DNA of 56,056 nt, filler included, from Jimgerdemannia flammicorona (taxonomy: Eukaryota), in assembly GCA_003990765.1 (NCBI GenBank). It is 3 parts of 3 records of this genome, joined end to end, with 100 filler letters (N's around TTAATTAATTAA, not from the genome) between each part and the next. Parts side by side here need not be neighbours in the genome. Positions count along the whole stretch, not along the records: positions 18,721 to 37,340 come from RBNJ01002159.1; 2 more parts are not named here. The stretch is one strand, 5' to 3'. The stretch's first letter is position 1, and every line of letters starts with the position of its first letter. A program made the position numbers and the translations under genes. Shown in pieces: positions 23,426-37,440 of this stretch. The notes beneath the pieces were generated by a model. That model was given only the letters and a program-made list of their open reading frames with translations. It did not search any database and was not told the DNA's origin.

Positions 23426-24123
23426 TGTTTATTTGTTTATTAGATGCGTCGATGACGAAATGATTTACATTTCCGAAGATGGGCAGTTGGGTCGATCTAG
23501 TGGAAAACGACTCAATTAAGGATGTCACCTGCCAGCTTAAATGAATTGAGCGCCGAAAACTTATCCTAATGCCAACCCGCAAAAATCTAATATTCACTTC
23601 ACGATGCTGAGTTTTCTATGGCTCTTGATCAATGTTGCTTGGGTCTTTAGAATCATACGTATACTAAAGCCGGAAACGATTTTGTGTAAGATGCCAGTTT
23701 CCAAAGGATCATATCAACTGAAGTCTAATGATTGAGGTAGATTCCTTAATCTAAATTTCGTTTTCACCCTCGGGGCCAGGCCGCTCGAGGGCCTCACTGA
23801 TCGAAGACATTAAGATTAAATTCAGTTCATCCGCCTCCAAAGTCACGGCAACATGTTAATACAAACTCAAAGTAGTATTCATATATCGGTGTGCACCGGC
23901 CTATACATTGCGTCGCTCGATTTGCTCGTCTGCATGTGCGGTCATCCGATCACAACATTTGCGTTGGTCTGTGCACAGCCTTTGCCGGGGATCCATTATG
24001 GGAAAGAAAAAAAAAAAAAAAAATGAAATGAAGTGGCTCGGATACAAAAAATTGCGTTGGAAGTGTGTTATCAAGGCTTGAGTGGGCTTGGTTTAGAGAA
24101 GCAGTTGTAACTCCCGTTCGACA

Positions 24124-25500
24124 ATGACATCCAGTATTGACACCCTTGAAGAAGCTCTTCAAACCCCGCAGGTTGTGAGCAACGAGACCACCTTTTGGGT
24201 AGGGTTGGCAATAACCACGGTGGGATTTGCCGTTCAAGCCGTCAACACATGGCTGGCAAGTACGCACTTTGTAACTGTATCCCCGGTTCAACTCTCTCAA
24301 AACCACCAACTCATCCTCTTCGCGTCCTACCGCCATTAGATATTGGCCCTCCCCGGAAAACGCCGCCTCTTCTTCTACCTCCTCCTCACATCCAGCATCC
24401 TTTGCTCTCTCGTTTTCCCTTTCCGAGCTTGTCAACTTTTCTACGCCTACATAAACGGCATCCCCAACTCCATCTTTGACGTTATCACCGAAGAAAACCT
24501 TCTTGCCCACCCAGAGCTTCGCCAGCTCGACTGGGTCTACAACCGAGTCCTCCACTATTGCATCACCAGCTGCTTCTCTATTTTCACCTTGTTCTATGTC
24601 TGGTGTGTGCAGATCCGGTTCCGGTGCATCCATGTCCTTGTCAAATACTCGAGCATTATCGACAACACCATGCTCGGGACCACGTTCGTCATATGGTTGG
24701 CGGTGCAAGTGACCGTCATTTTCGCCTTGAACAACGGCTTGTACCGCCTTTACTGGAACATCGGGGCCGTGTGGTTACTCCTCGTGCTCACGTTCGACTT
24801 CGCCCTGTCGGCAATCAGCATCTGCTATATTCGGCAGGCTTACCTCGCGGTGCGAGCTCCGTCTACGAATGCAAATCCCCATGAAAACTCTCTTCGAACC
24901 GCCCTCAACGCCACAGTTTATCATGGTCTGATGGTCCTGTTCGCGTGCATGTGGATGGGCTGTTCGACATTGCTTGGGGAAATTGCGGCTCTCGCGGCAG
25001 TGCCAGCCTCGAACGTAAAGACTGTAAGTAGCTTTTAACGTTCAGCCATTTTAAAACATTGTGGACACCATTTTTTTTTTTTTTTTTTTTGTTAAAAAAA
25101 AAAAAAAAAACTTATTCAACGCCATTATTCAATTCCCCTCAAACATGAATAGATCATTACCCTGATTTCCTACATGTCCCTGCCTCTCATCTTCAGTACT
25201 TCGCTCGTCTGGATGCGAACACTCCGATCTCTGTACTACGCTGGGGATCGATTGATAAATCAAGTTCCAGTCATCGATGCCAACGCCAACGCCAACACCA
25301 GTACCAGTACCAACACCAACGCCAACACCAACGCCAACACCAACATCGTCAAACCCGACGCTCAACATGAAGTTTCTCAACAGACAGAAACTAGTGTGAC
25401 AATAGAGGAAACCGATTTTGTGGAGGTCAGTCTCACGCTTGCGCCTCATAGTTGGGCGAGACGCGAGAGCATAATTCCACTAACCTCCGCCGATGCATAA
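24124..25500 (+). CDS. Orphan seven-transmembrane protein (~392 aa, 3 exons: 24124-24270, 24340-25023, 25153-25500)
   Basis: In-frame GT-AG introns and seven hydrophobic segments. The C-tail has an AN/TN hexamer repeat (~25280-25345). Confidence 0.8.
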
Positions 25501-27082
25501 AGGTGCACTTCACTGTCGCGATAACTTTTTGAACAATTACTATTGATAACCCTCATATATCCACATGTATATTATGTTTGCAAATGTCAAAGCGCTGCCA
25601 TGTAAGATTCTTGTAAATATATCCTTGTTCGCCAGCCAACCTGCACGACGACAACTGGATGGTCGGTTTTTCTATTACATTCTGAAATCCCTCTAAATGC
25701 AATACATCGTCTTCGGATGGACGCGAACATTGCTTGTTCGACGACGCGAGGCACATGTGATCAACCTCCATGATCTTTGGCTATGGGCATCCAATATTTA
25801 TTATTATCTTTCCCAGAAATCCAGAAGGATGATGTGGTGCAAACATTGCACTGCAATCACAAATGCACGATGAATGTGATTGCGTTATTTTTGCTTGAGC
25901 ACCGAAAAAGGCGTAAGCGTCTTCCATCAAGCCGTTTTGAGGCCGAGAATAGTATTCCTTCCAAAAAAAAAAAAAGCACTCGGCCTTGACCGAAAAAATA
26001 AAATAAAAAATAAAATTGGAACTGCCAAAAAGTGAAAGGGTATACATCCATTACCATTCATTACAACACGTAAAAAAAACAGCGTTTGATCTTTGGGTGT
26101 GCATTACTATTGAACGTCAAGCTGATGTCCATGATCTAAAGGCCGCCACCGTTCAGGGTCCGAATTAAAAAAATTCATGACTCATTGTGAGAACCAATAG
26201 ATCAGTTATTTGGAACGCGGTTTATACGTCCGTGGTGTCCTTTCGGTCTTCCGGTCCCGATATCTGAACGTTCCGTCTATTAAAGCCCGTGCTCATCAAA
26301 GAAGACTTCTAAACGTGGGGACAGGTTTTAAGATGACAGAGAACGAGTCATCTTATATGCCGATTGGTCCTCGGTCTGGGCCGATGTTACCCAAAAACAG
26401 TACACATATAGTTCATAGCCTTAATGTTTTGGATCCACAAAATATATTTGGACGTTCCTCTCCTCCCCCTTTTTTCCCCTTACTCTTAGCTAATTTCACG
26501 ACCAAGCAGTGGGACTATGTTTCTACTTCTATAGAAGTATATACGTACGCATTGTCGGAGATACATGCGATGGCAGTGCCACGCTATTAACATTTTCATC
26601 AGCAGAAAATTAGAACTTACATATGAGCTGAGTGTCAAAATCGCCACAGTAAACATATTATTCAGCGGCAATGACTAAATAAGGGGGGGGGGGTTTTTTT
26701 CCTGGTCTAACCGCAAAAGTTGTGGTTCTCAACATTCGGGTTTCCAAAATAATAACTGTTCTAGGAAGGGGTTATTGTGCTATTTAGTATAGATCAACCG
26801 TTGTCCCTGCGGAGAACCAAGATTGGGTTACGATAACGTGGGTTGCATGGGATGTCCCATATTTGCATTTTCAAATGACGTGTCTATGTGTTTGTGTCAA
26901 GATCGTCGGGAAATGCTTTTCGCGGAGAGATGTGCACCAACTGTTTTTGGAGGAAGGTTGCTAGCTCCGTGAGACGGAGATCCAAGAATTCAGGAAACCA
27001 ATGTGCAATGACTAATATAAACTCCCTCAGTATAAAATGCACTTGGCCTCAGCTTTCTGCCATTTCCATTCTCCACGTTTCG

Positions 27083-29297
27083 ATGGCCACAACAGCAGAA
27101 AGACGCAGTTCGCTCGATATTTCTGATTTAAGAACCCTCCATATGGAGGGGAGCCAGCAGACCCTGATTGGGTACGAACTATCTCCTATCCCCACTATGT
27201 CGCTAGCTCTGCAAGTAGCACAACTTGAAAACATGGAGAACGATTCTACGCTGCCTGTTGGGACCGAGAATCCTTTGAAAAAGAGTGTTACTCTGGATTT
27301 GGAAGCGGCAACCGATCTTCCAAATGGAAATGACAAGCTTGAGAAAATGACATCCAAAATATCAATAGTAAGCCAGGCCGCTCCGGACGGCGGATACGGG
27401 TGGTTCGTCGTCCTCGCGGCTTTTTTGGTTAACTTCTATGTCTGGGGTGTCTCGTATGGCTGGGGTATCTACCAAGGATTGTATGTAGTATTTATTATTG
27501 TCACTCGTTTGAAACAAAAAAAAAAATTGTCAGCCTGTTCTCACAAATCATCTTTTTCAATGTTATTTTTACCGACCTGAAGATACCTAAACGATGTCTA
27601 CAAGGGACAGACCAGCACCTTGAAGATCGCGTTTATCGGAACATCAGCGAACGCAGTACTTACGTCGTTGGGTCTCTTCCTGACTCCTATTATCAACCGA
27701 ATTGGCTATCGAGGCACAATGGCTATCGGCACTATCTTGGCACCTTTAGGCTTGGTTTTGGCTTCCTTTTCCACCGAGGTATGGCATATTGAATTCACCT
27801 CGATATACACAAATAAATCAAATATACTTAACGCCGATCCGTTTCTCGACATCGTTTCAGCTTTGGCATCTATACATTACACAAGGAATTCTTTTCGGTA
27901 TGTCGTCTGTGACTTTTTGATCTTGAGTCACACCATGTATACCTTGCGTGCAAGTTCACGGTGCTCAATATGGCATGGTTTCGCTAATACTTTATATTAT
28001 GTCGCATAGGAATTGGAGGTGCTTTCGTCTTCTCCCCCTCTATTGCTCTTCCCTCTCAATGGTTTGACAAACACCGAGGACTCGCAACAGGTTCGCGTTT
28101 TAATAACCATTTCAAGTCACTCCACTGCTTTGTATTTTCGTTTTCGCTAACCATGAACAATACACAACTATAGGCATGTCTGTCTGCGGCTCCGGCGTCG
28201 GCGGCCTGGCGCTCACTCCCCTCGTCCAGTTCCTTATTGAGAACGTCGGGTACCGCGCCACTCTGCGTTATATGGCGATTATAGGTGTTGTAATCTTGGG
28301 TATCGCCACGTTCCTGGCTAAGCCAAGGTGGGCGTTGAAGGTTGGCAATGATGGGAAGATGTTTGATAAGTCGCTGCTGTCTAAGCAGCTGTGGATCATG
28401 CTCTTCTTCGGCTTCACAGTAACTTTCGGGTATTTGGTAAGCATCAATATTTTGTCGTCGATGTTAACGCTATGCATTGTACTAACAATCGACCTATCCA
28501 TGATATTTTTAATCGACGTTAGGTTCCATACTTTTTGATGCCTTGTAAGTAGTGTTTGTTACACGAAGCGCTTACTCTACTATATAACAAGAGGATTTAC
28601 ATGCCGAATTACTTCTTTTTAATTCAGCCTATGCTATCTCTATCGGCCTCTCGCCAGCAACTGGCGCAGTTGTAGTAGGTGTCATGAGTGGCTTCAACGC
28701 CGCAGCTAGGATTGGACTCGGCTACACGGCCGATCGATTGTAAGTCAGATCGAAATATCTTCCTACAACGGATTAGAAAGCTGTAGAATTCGAACTAACT
28801 CGCCTTCTATACCTTTCTTCCGATACTTTCCAGTGGCCGTGTCAACACCATGTTTGTCTGCACCTTGCTAGCTGGCCTCGCGTGTCTCCTGCTTTGGACT
28901 TTCGCCAATAATTTGGGTGTCCTCATGGCCTTCGCAGTCGTATACGGTGGTAGCGGTGGTGGTTTCATCTCGCTTTTCCCCGTGGTGACGGCCGACGTTG
29001 TTGGTGTTAAGAACCTCAGCAACGTGCTCGGTGCCGTCTACGCATCGAACGTTTTCGGAAATCTTCTTGGTAAGCATCACTGGATTATATACGATTGCTT
29101 ATCCGTTAACAATGTTGCTCATACAATGTTGCTATTATTTGATAGGTACACCTCTGGCCGGTGCCATTTACGATGCTGCGGGTGGTTCATACATTCCGGC
29201 CATGATATTTTCGGGAGGCATGTCCGTAATTGCCGCGATATCGATGGCCTATTTGAAATACTTGCGGGGAGGCGGAAACTTCTGGAAAATGGTCTGA
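27083..29297 (+). CDS. MFS transporter, monocarboxylate porter (MCT/SLC16-like) family, multi-exon
   Basis: APDGGYGWFVVLAAF signature, SQWFDKHRGLATG, GSGVGGLALTP, GYRATLR, GYTADR, VYGGSGGGFISLFPVV and GTPLAGAIYD. Introns are GT-AG. Confidence 0.93.
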
Positions 29298-29833
29298 AAG
29301 TTGAGAATTTACAACCACCCACAATCCAAACATCCCATTGTACACTATGCATATATTTTACAACACCTTTTACAAGTAGCTACATTGTACGTAATTTTCA
29401 ACATACTATACCATAGAACAATTTATTCTCAAGTGAGAATTCAATATTGCATTTTATTTATTTATTTTTTACGACAAACCGTAAATTAAAAGTGAGGATT
29501 ACCGGTGCTCGAAGCGGGCCATGCAGTAAATCAGGTATCTGGCACACAAATAGAGTGTCTCGTTGAACAATTGTCTATTAAAGCCAACTTATTACATATT
29601 GACTATTCTGTGGGACGAACCAGGATCTACACTGTTAGTGTGTAGCACAGGCTGATGGCTAATTTCTAAAGTATAAAAAAGGGACTTAGTTACAGAAATG
29701 AGTTTGCTAAAGTATAAAAAGTATAAAAAAGGGACTTGGTTACAGAAATGACGTCACATCCCGTGACTGCGGCTCTTAAACTCTGGGCTTCGGGTCTATA
29801 ACCTTCATAACCTTCTCTCTTTTTGAATTCAGC

Positions 29834-32800
29834 ATGGCTACTGTAGAGGAAAAGGACGCCATACTCGCTCAGCTTCTTGGTCTTGGCTTTGACTTTGACC
29901 TGTGCCAGAGTGCCCTCGAAACGTGCTCCACTGTCGAGGCCGCCACAGATTGGTACGCCAACACTCCCCCAGAACGAGCATTTTGACGTCGACCGACGGG
30001 ATTCGTCCATGTAGCCAACGCCACCGTGACTGACTGTATTTAGTCTCTACCCCCCACACGCCTTATTAGGATCTTAACGTCTCAAAACCCCAACAGCCAG
30101 CATGGAAACCCTTATACTTCCGATCGTCCTACCCTTCGCCTCGGTTCTGGATCCTCCTCCGCCACGGTACCGCAGCCGCTTGACGCCACCACCAAATTCA
30201 ACACGTCAGACGCGTCGGTAGAGGTTCGCATTTGGTCGGGTCTTTATATCGTAAACGTTCTTTCCCTATTCATATTGCCTCCCCTTTTCACGTCCTACCA
30301 ATAAGTCCTCGATCGGGACAGCTCCGCTCCCGTTCCACTCGCGTCACGACATCCCGGATGACGACGAGTACACCCGCGACAGCAAGGAGAAGGCCGCTAG
30401 GCTTGCCCAGGAGACCAAACGACAGAAGAATGCGGAAAGAGAGGTGAGTATGCGTTTGTGTGACATCACAGGCTCGGTACCTCATGATGGTTCGCAGACC
30501 TAGGCTCATCATTTCTTGAACCAATGTCCTCACTACCACGTAATCGCGCAGGCACACCGTCGCGCTCTCGTGCAAATCAAGGAGGACCGCGAAAAAATCA
30601 AAATCCGGCGCACACACATACCGGCAGACGAGGATCACGTCATGTCGGACGCCCAGCTGAAGTCATCCTCGTCAGTACCGGCCACGCCTGCTTCGCGGCG
30701 CATGACCACAGAGGCGGAGAGAATTGCGCAGGACCAGAAGAGGCAGAGGGCTATGGACCGGGAGGTGGGTAATGGAGTAGATGTCCCCGCATGTACTTGG
30801 CTGCAGTCTCAGACAATTTTTCAATGCTGACTTCGTCCGCCTACAATCCTTCCCTACCCAAAAAGGCACATCGCCGCGCCCTCCTCGAGATCAAGGCCGA
30901 CCGTGAGGCTCAGCGTAACCGGTCGAACCACACCACGTCGGCCTCCGCTCAGCCACTGGTCACGTCCTCGTCACAAACGCCCCCGGACACCGCGTTAATC
31001 CAGGTCTGTGGGATAGACTTCATAGATCCTGACATTTGCTCTGCATTTCGGCGAAATCTTACGCTGTTGTATGCATCTCATACATACATCAGATTCGATT
31101 CCCAGATGGCTCCTCCGTGCGCCAGGCCTTCCCGGCCGTTACCAAATTGGAGGCGTTGTTTGAGCTAGTCGCGAAGAGGGAGGCGGGGGATGTGGAGCTC
31201 GTATCGGTGAGTCAGGTTGCGGGTTAGAGGGTTGGTGGGACGAAGTGATGCGTTAAAAAAAATTGAGCCAGGAGATATCCATGATGGCCAATTGACGTTT
31301 GTACTGTGCCCATTTTCTTGTAGCCGTTCCCGAGGCGCGTGTTCACTCGTGCGGAGGTGGCCTTGACGTTGCAGGAGGCTGGTGAGTCGGTCGACTAAGC
31401 GGATGATGAGACATGTTTGGTGGGTGGAGTGATGCCGTTTCCGTGCAATGGGATCGGGTATATTAGGTTTGATGTCAACACTATCTTACAAACTCGATTA
31501 TGATATCGCATCCCCCGTCCCATTCTCTTTTTATCCGCGATTAATGAATCCCAGGCCTGACCCCCAATTCCTCTTTGAATGTAACGCGGCTAATTGTCGA
31601 CCAAGTATGTTATTTCTGCTCTTTGTTGTCTCTTTTTGTGCCACTATTGACTATATGTCGATATTCATCTAAACCTCATTGTTTGTTTGATAGCGGCAGG
31701 ATCCTTTGGTCTTCCCCGATCCACCACCATCGACGGTACCACTGGCAATGCTACAGAATGACACCGTCCCTGGGACTTGGCCCGAGGAAGATGTGGCTGG
31801 GCGGTCTGAAGCAACGCAGAATGTGAGTGGAGGGGTGACTCGGTAATTTGGATTGACGAGGAGGGGTGATCGGTTTCCAAAGCGGTAGTGACCTGATCGG
31901 CACTGGTATATCTCTGAACATCTTCACGTCGACCACTCTCCCACAGCGCATGGAAGAAGGGGACCGAACACCAGCACAACAACCACCCCCCGGCCCACCC
32001 TTTGAGGACGCTGGCCCCCAACCACAAATCCAACCACAAGTCCAACTCCCCTCGCACTTCCTCCCCGCGCCCTTTCTCATTCCTCCCATCTTACCCGCCC
32101 ACGACGATGACCACGATATGCTCCTCAACCTCAACAATCCGGACCCGCGCCGTCCCATGTGGGCCGCTGACGCCGGCGTAGGACATCGTCTGGTCGCTGC
32201 CGACTCCGCTGATACCGCCGCGGCCGCGGACGACGCTGAACCAGAGCCGACAAGGCCCACGAGGGAGATGCGCGTGCAGGTACTGGAGGCTGCGGCGAGG
32301 ACGGTGCCGAGGGTGGGAGAGAGGGCTAGGCTGCGGTATCAGGTTAAACCGTTGAAGGAGGTGTGCGCGAGCATTGTCGCTGGTAGGTGGAGGGTGGAAT
32401 GTTTGTAGAGGACGCTCAGGGCTGGGTTTATCTAAGCATGCGTGATGGTGCGTACTGCTGATCTTTTGTCCTTCCTCCGAAAAAACGAAGGTCTCCTCAC
32501 ATCCTCCACCGCCACCGCGAAATTGCACCTCCATTCACTGCATTCCGTCTCGTCGGGTGTTGCGGAGCTCCTGCTCGCGAAGCTGATCGTCATGCAGAGC
32601 CTCGACAGGATCGTGCTGGCGAGGCTGGTGAATCATTGGTGCGTCGTTGCCAGTCCATGGTTTCTCTTCTCGCCTTTTCGTGTTCTTCTAAGCCATCGTT
32701 TTCCGACCCGACGTTTTCCCCTCCGTTTACTCATCGTCCCTCACTGTGGTGCTATCTCAAATTGTTACAGCTACCTCCAAAACGTCAAATTCGACACGTA

Positions 32801-34952
32801 CACCCTCGCCACAGACTCGCTGCTCGATGCCCTTGGCAGATCGCAGTCCGCGCAGGCTGTGACGAGGCTCAGCTTGAGGGGGTGCGACGTCATTACAGAT
32901 AAGGGCGTGGCGGGATTGGAAGGTGAGTTTTGATACGAGCGAGACTGGATTTGGTTGAAATAGAGAGAAAAGGAGATGATACCATGAGGTGCGGGCGATG
33001 TGAGATGGTTGGGATGCAAATTAAGCCGAGAAGAAAAAATACGTGTTTTTGTTTGATTCTTATTACCCATGGGTTTCGAACATCAGGCCTGCGGAATCTC
33101 GAGCATCTGGACTTGAGTAATTGCAAGGTCTCAGATCGGGCAGTTCCGACGCTCGCCAGTGAGTTCATTTCCTCTTCTTCCTTGTTCTGCTCCAATCGGA
33201 CAACTTTCATTATCCGTTCCTTTCTATGCATATGATTGCATTGGCCAAAACATTCCCCCCATCTCGTCTATGTAGAATTCGCCACTCTCCAATCTCTCGC
33301 CCTCGCCAAAACCAAAATCACCACCGCTGGTCTGTGTAAATTTGCCACCGAGTCGGCGTCGCAGAACCACTTGCGGAGCTTGAGCCTCGAAGGGTGCCTA
33401 GGTGTTGGTGGCAAGGATGTTTTCGCTTCTCTCGAAAGTAAGTTCCCGCAACGCAATCCCGTTCCCATGTGCTTTCATTGTCTTATGTTACTAGCTGGTA
33501 ACCGCGCCAATCGTTTCCCCTCTCGACATTGCAGACCTCACGGCCCTCATCCACCTCAACCTATCCTCCACCTCCCTGCAACCGGGACAGAAAACCTCGG
33601 CACTCCGTGGAGCGTTCGCGCAACTGGAGACACTGGATGTGTCGAAGACGCAGCTGATCGATAAGGACCTCGTGCGCGTCGTCTGCGGGTTTCGTGAGAT
33701 GAGGGAGCTGAATTTGACAGGGTGTCCGGAGTTGGGGAGAGAGGGGCTCATATGGGTGGCTAAAGGTAAGTTCGGTCCGGGGTTGGGGAATAGGAAGAAC
33801 GGATATGTTCGTTTGTCATACAATCTTCAATTTCCCTTATTCTTGCTCTTTCTAGAACTTCGCAGTCTGACACACGTGCATTTCCCGAACCGTGAGCATG
33901 AACTTGATGACACGCTCGTGCAATTTGCTCGTATGTATAATTATCATTGCCGGTTTTGCTCTTACCGTTATGAATCTGGCTTTTTGAAACGTCATTCTTA
34001 TTCCACCGTCTTCATACACCTCTCATAGACCTCCCGCTCACCCATCTTGACCTGACGGGCTTCCTCAACGTCACCGACGAGGGCGCACATACCATCGTGC
34101 AAATGAAGACGCTCGAATATTTGGGGCTGGAGGGGACGAAGATCACGGATGTCGGGATGGAAGGGTTCAAAGGTGGGTTGCCGGTGGTTACTGAGCAATT
34201 GAGGGTTAGAAGAGTGTACTTTTGGGTCTCATGCGGTTAACTTTGGACGAACTTGTAGATCTGAACGAGCTCAGAGAGCTCTATCTCGACCGCACCTCTG
34301 TTTCCGACGTCGGTATCCAGCATATCCTCGGTAGGTGAATTTTCTCAATGACCAGAATTAACCGTCAAACCCATACTGACACATTGACCTTCTATGATGC
34401 CGTCTTCCTATCACGTATCAGGCCTAGCCCACCTCCAAACCCTCTCGATCTCGCGTACGGAGATCACAAACACCTCTCTCATACACATCAGCGAAGCCTC
34501 GTTTGCGCGTGGGTTGAGAATTCTGAACATGGCGGGGTGTAAAGGAGTCACGGATCGGGGGGTCAGGGGCTTGAAAGGTGGGGACGGAATTGCATTTTCT
34601 TTTTTTTTTTTTTTTGCCAATTTCGCTGGCTATTGTGATGCGCAGGGTTTGATTTCACGTCGTTGCGTCGTTGTTGATCGCATTTTGCCATGTCGTAGGC
34701 CTCATAAACCTCGTCAACCTGAACCTTGACTTCACCAATGTCAGTCGCAGTTGCTTGCGCCATCTCGAAGGTGATGATTCTCTTTCAACTTTATGTTCCT
34801 CTTCATAACGTCGCAAGTCGGCTGTTTGTTTGAATTTCACAAAGGATTAATATTCTGTTTCATCTCATGTTAATATATCAGAATTGCCGCTTCTACAGCC
34901 TGTGCGCCTGATGGGCATCACACTGGAGTATGATTCGGATGATGAGGAATAG
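29834..34952 (+). CDS. UBA-coiled coil-UBX-(BC/Cul2-box-like)-LRR protein, ~20 exons
   Basis: UBA (AQLLGLGFDFDLCQSALETCSTVEAATDW) and two AHRRAL.QIK.DRE coils. UBX (ALIQIRFPDGSSVRQAF...PFPRRVF...TLQEAGLTPNSSLNV), then VKPLKEVCASIVA. More than 10 LRRs follow (LEHLDLSNCKVSD, LRELYLDRTSVSD, LRILNMAGCKGVTD). The last exon ends EYDSDDEE*. Confidence 0.85.
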
Positions 34953-37340
34953 GTGAGAGTAACGCGAAGGGATGAGTTCGATTTACGGAAAACGGCGAAA
35001 GGTTGTTTAGTGCTATAATGATTTGGTGAGATGGTCTTGGGAAAGACAGCATATACTTTAACGGTTAGTTAGTGAATATACAATTTTGGTCAACGCTCCT
35101 GCTCAGTTAATGTTATATTAGAAATCTCACTCGTTGCTTGAGCCATACCTTGAGGCTTATATGGCGTCCGCGATCACGCTACACGAAGGCGTACACATCT
35201 GAGCCATTGTCGACATTCGACCTCGAATAATGGCTTCTTCCATGTTTGTGTGGTTTTATTGATAGTAGTATTTATTTAAGTGTTATTTGATTCTACAACG
35301 TAATAACAAGAAAAATATGTCTTAGGTTGAGAAGCGCTCCTCAAATGACTATAACCTAACATGAATCACAGCGCCCTATCTTTTAAAGGCAATGCGGTAA
35401 AAGGATATATACATCATGAGATGGTAAGGGCTAAACACAAAGCGCAAATGACGTCATGCCGCGATATCACTACGAGTCGTCGGTAGTGATGGGGCATTGC
35501 GCCTAACCCGGGCTACGCCGTTCTCGATTATCGCCTTGGTAATGACCACCTGGATTTTGCAGATCACGCATTCAATCCTCCATTTCTTGATGAGCTTCAC
35601 GGTTCCGGGCTCGCTTCTGGCGGGGTCGGTCGGATGGTGTGGTTTACAGAGTAAGGCTTTTTGGTATGATTCATTGGAGATTCAGAAGCCTTCGCGGTCC
35701 CATATCGGCCTTTGCGGAATTCCCTCTAGAGAGAGCGAGATCCTTACATAAGGCAATAAAACCCAAATCTTTCACCATGAATAAGAACAGGACGAGTGTT
35801 GTATGTGAAAGTGAGGTGCTGATCAAGTTTGTGCACACATTGATTCGTCAACAGTCTGGTTTTTTTGGAGCCATGTCCAAAACAGTCGGTCTCATGCCAT
35901 CGGCCATTGCGCTCTGACAAAAGTTGTACACACGTCGGAGGCAGGATGTATCGTAGTGTTATGAAAGGGTACATGTTGCGCAAGAAGATAACAGGTGTCT
36001 GCCACTTCAACTTGAGTTTGTTATTTCAATGAGAGTCGAGTATGAAGCCCGCCCACAACTGCAAACTCATCATTGGCGACATATACTGAAATGCATGAAT
36101 GGCATCTTGTCGTTTAGTACACTAAATGATAGGATTATTTGATATACCAATGACACTCTTACAACCATCATCTCCACTCTCCTTTGCCCTATGGACAATC
36201 CTACAAAAACACTGCCATCGTTGCCATCTGTAGTAAAAAGATGAGTAGAATGTCTTTTACAATTTCAAAGAGAATCTACTCATTTCAGAAGATCTTATGC
36301 CTCAGCCTATTACTTATTTGTATATGGCAATAATAGATCCGAGATGCACCCTTTTCTTTCTTTGAGGGCTTCATCCGCGCCATCGTCACTTTCCTGCCCA
36401 CCGCCGCCATCGACTTGCGAGCAGGTGATGGGTTATGGTTATAGCCCGGAATGATGGTGAAAACTGCTTTCTGAGATCACGGCAATCGATACTCGACAAC
36501 ACCGCTATCTATACTGATAAATATATATAAATGCAATGTGGACCCAACACACATTGTCATTAGAATGTGTCGAAATGCTGTCTGCCCCGTCATACAGGGT
36601 TAACAAACCTCCCTCGTTCTGGCCCCACTTGCACGACCGAGTCGATAGCCCCTCCGACGGACTTAGGGTGTGAGGTATATAATTACGTGGGCGCTGATGA
36701 TTTTTGAAATCCAACAATGACGTGTAACGTACCCAAGCCCCTTCTTATATATGCATTTTTTGATGCCGCTGGATGCAGTGAGACCTCTCGGATAATCAAA
36801 GTCCCCATATCAGATTTAATTTATCTTGTCTAGCAAGATGGGCGATCAAGGAATTCAACAGCGATCAATGCATTAAATACTTCATGTGGGACCTCCGCTT
36901 TGGTACGAAAGGTGTCAATAAACCTGCTCAAATACCAAACAATAAACATCCCTGAAATCTACTCCCATCCTGGATGTCGATCTCTGCTTTCGTTACATAC
37001 AAGCTGTCATTGCCCGGTTATCGGTGGTATGGACGTTTTGGGAAATACTATCACCGACAGACATCCCTATCAGCTCGAGCTCGTATAATGTGTGGATCGC
37101 CGATCTTTCGTTTTATTACCAAAGTTGGCACAAGGCCAGCAATGTCTGCGAATTATGGCAATAAAAGACGAAAAGCGGTTAGACAGCGACAAAAAATCTT
37201 ATTCCTGAGACGTGACTTGTGATCTCAGTGACGTCAAGAAAAGTCACAACAACACCAAGAGAGACGCGACGTATCCTTCCATTTTTTCCTTTCTCCTTCC
37301 CCCCCCCTCCCCCCCCCCCCACCCCCCCCCCCCCCCCCCC

Positions 37341-37440
37341 NNNNNNNNNNNNNNNNNNNNNNNNNNNNNNNNNNNNNNNNNNNNTTAATTAATTAANNNN
37401 NNNNNNNNNNNNNNNNNNNNNNNNNNNNNNNNNNNNNNNN
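37341..37440. other. Artificial contig-join spacer
   Basis: N-run with TTAATTAATTAA at 37385-37396. Confidence 0.97.

Noticed and set aside
23950..24708. 252-aa minus-strand ORF, and similar antisense ORFs over the MFS and UBX-LRR genes
   Set aside because: Shadow ORFs opposite well-supported spliced genes.
35400..37250. Several short ORFs in CpG-normal DNA
   Set aside because: I could not build a coherent spliced model or recognise a domain. A decayed gene is not excluded.
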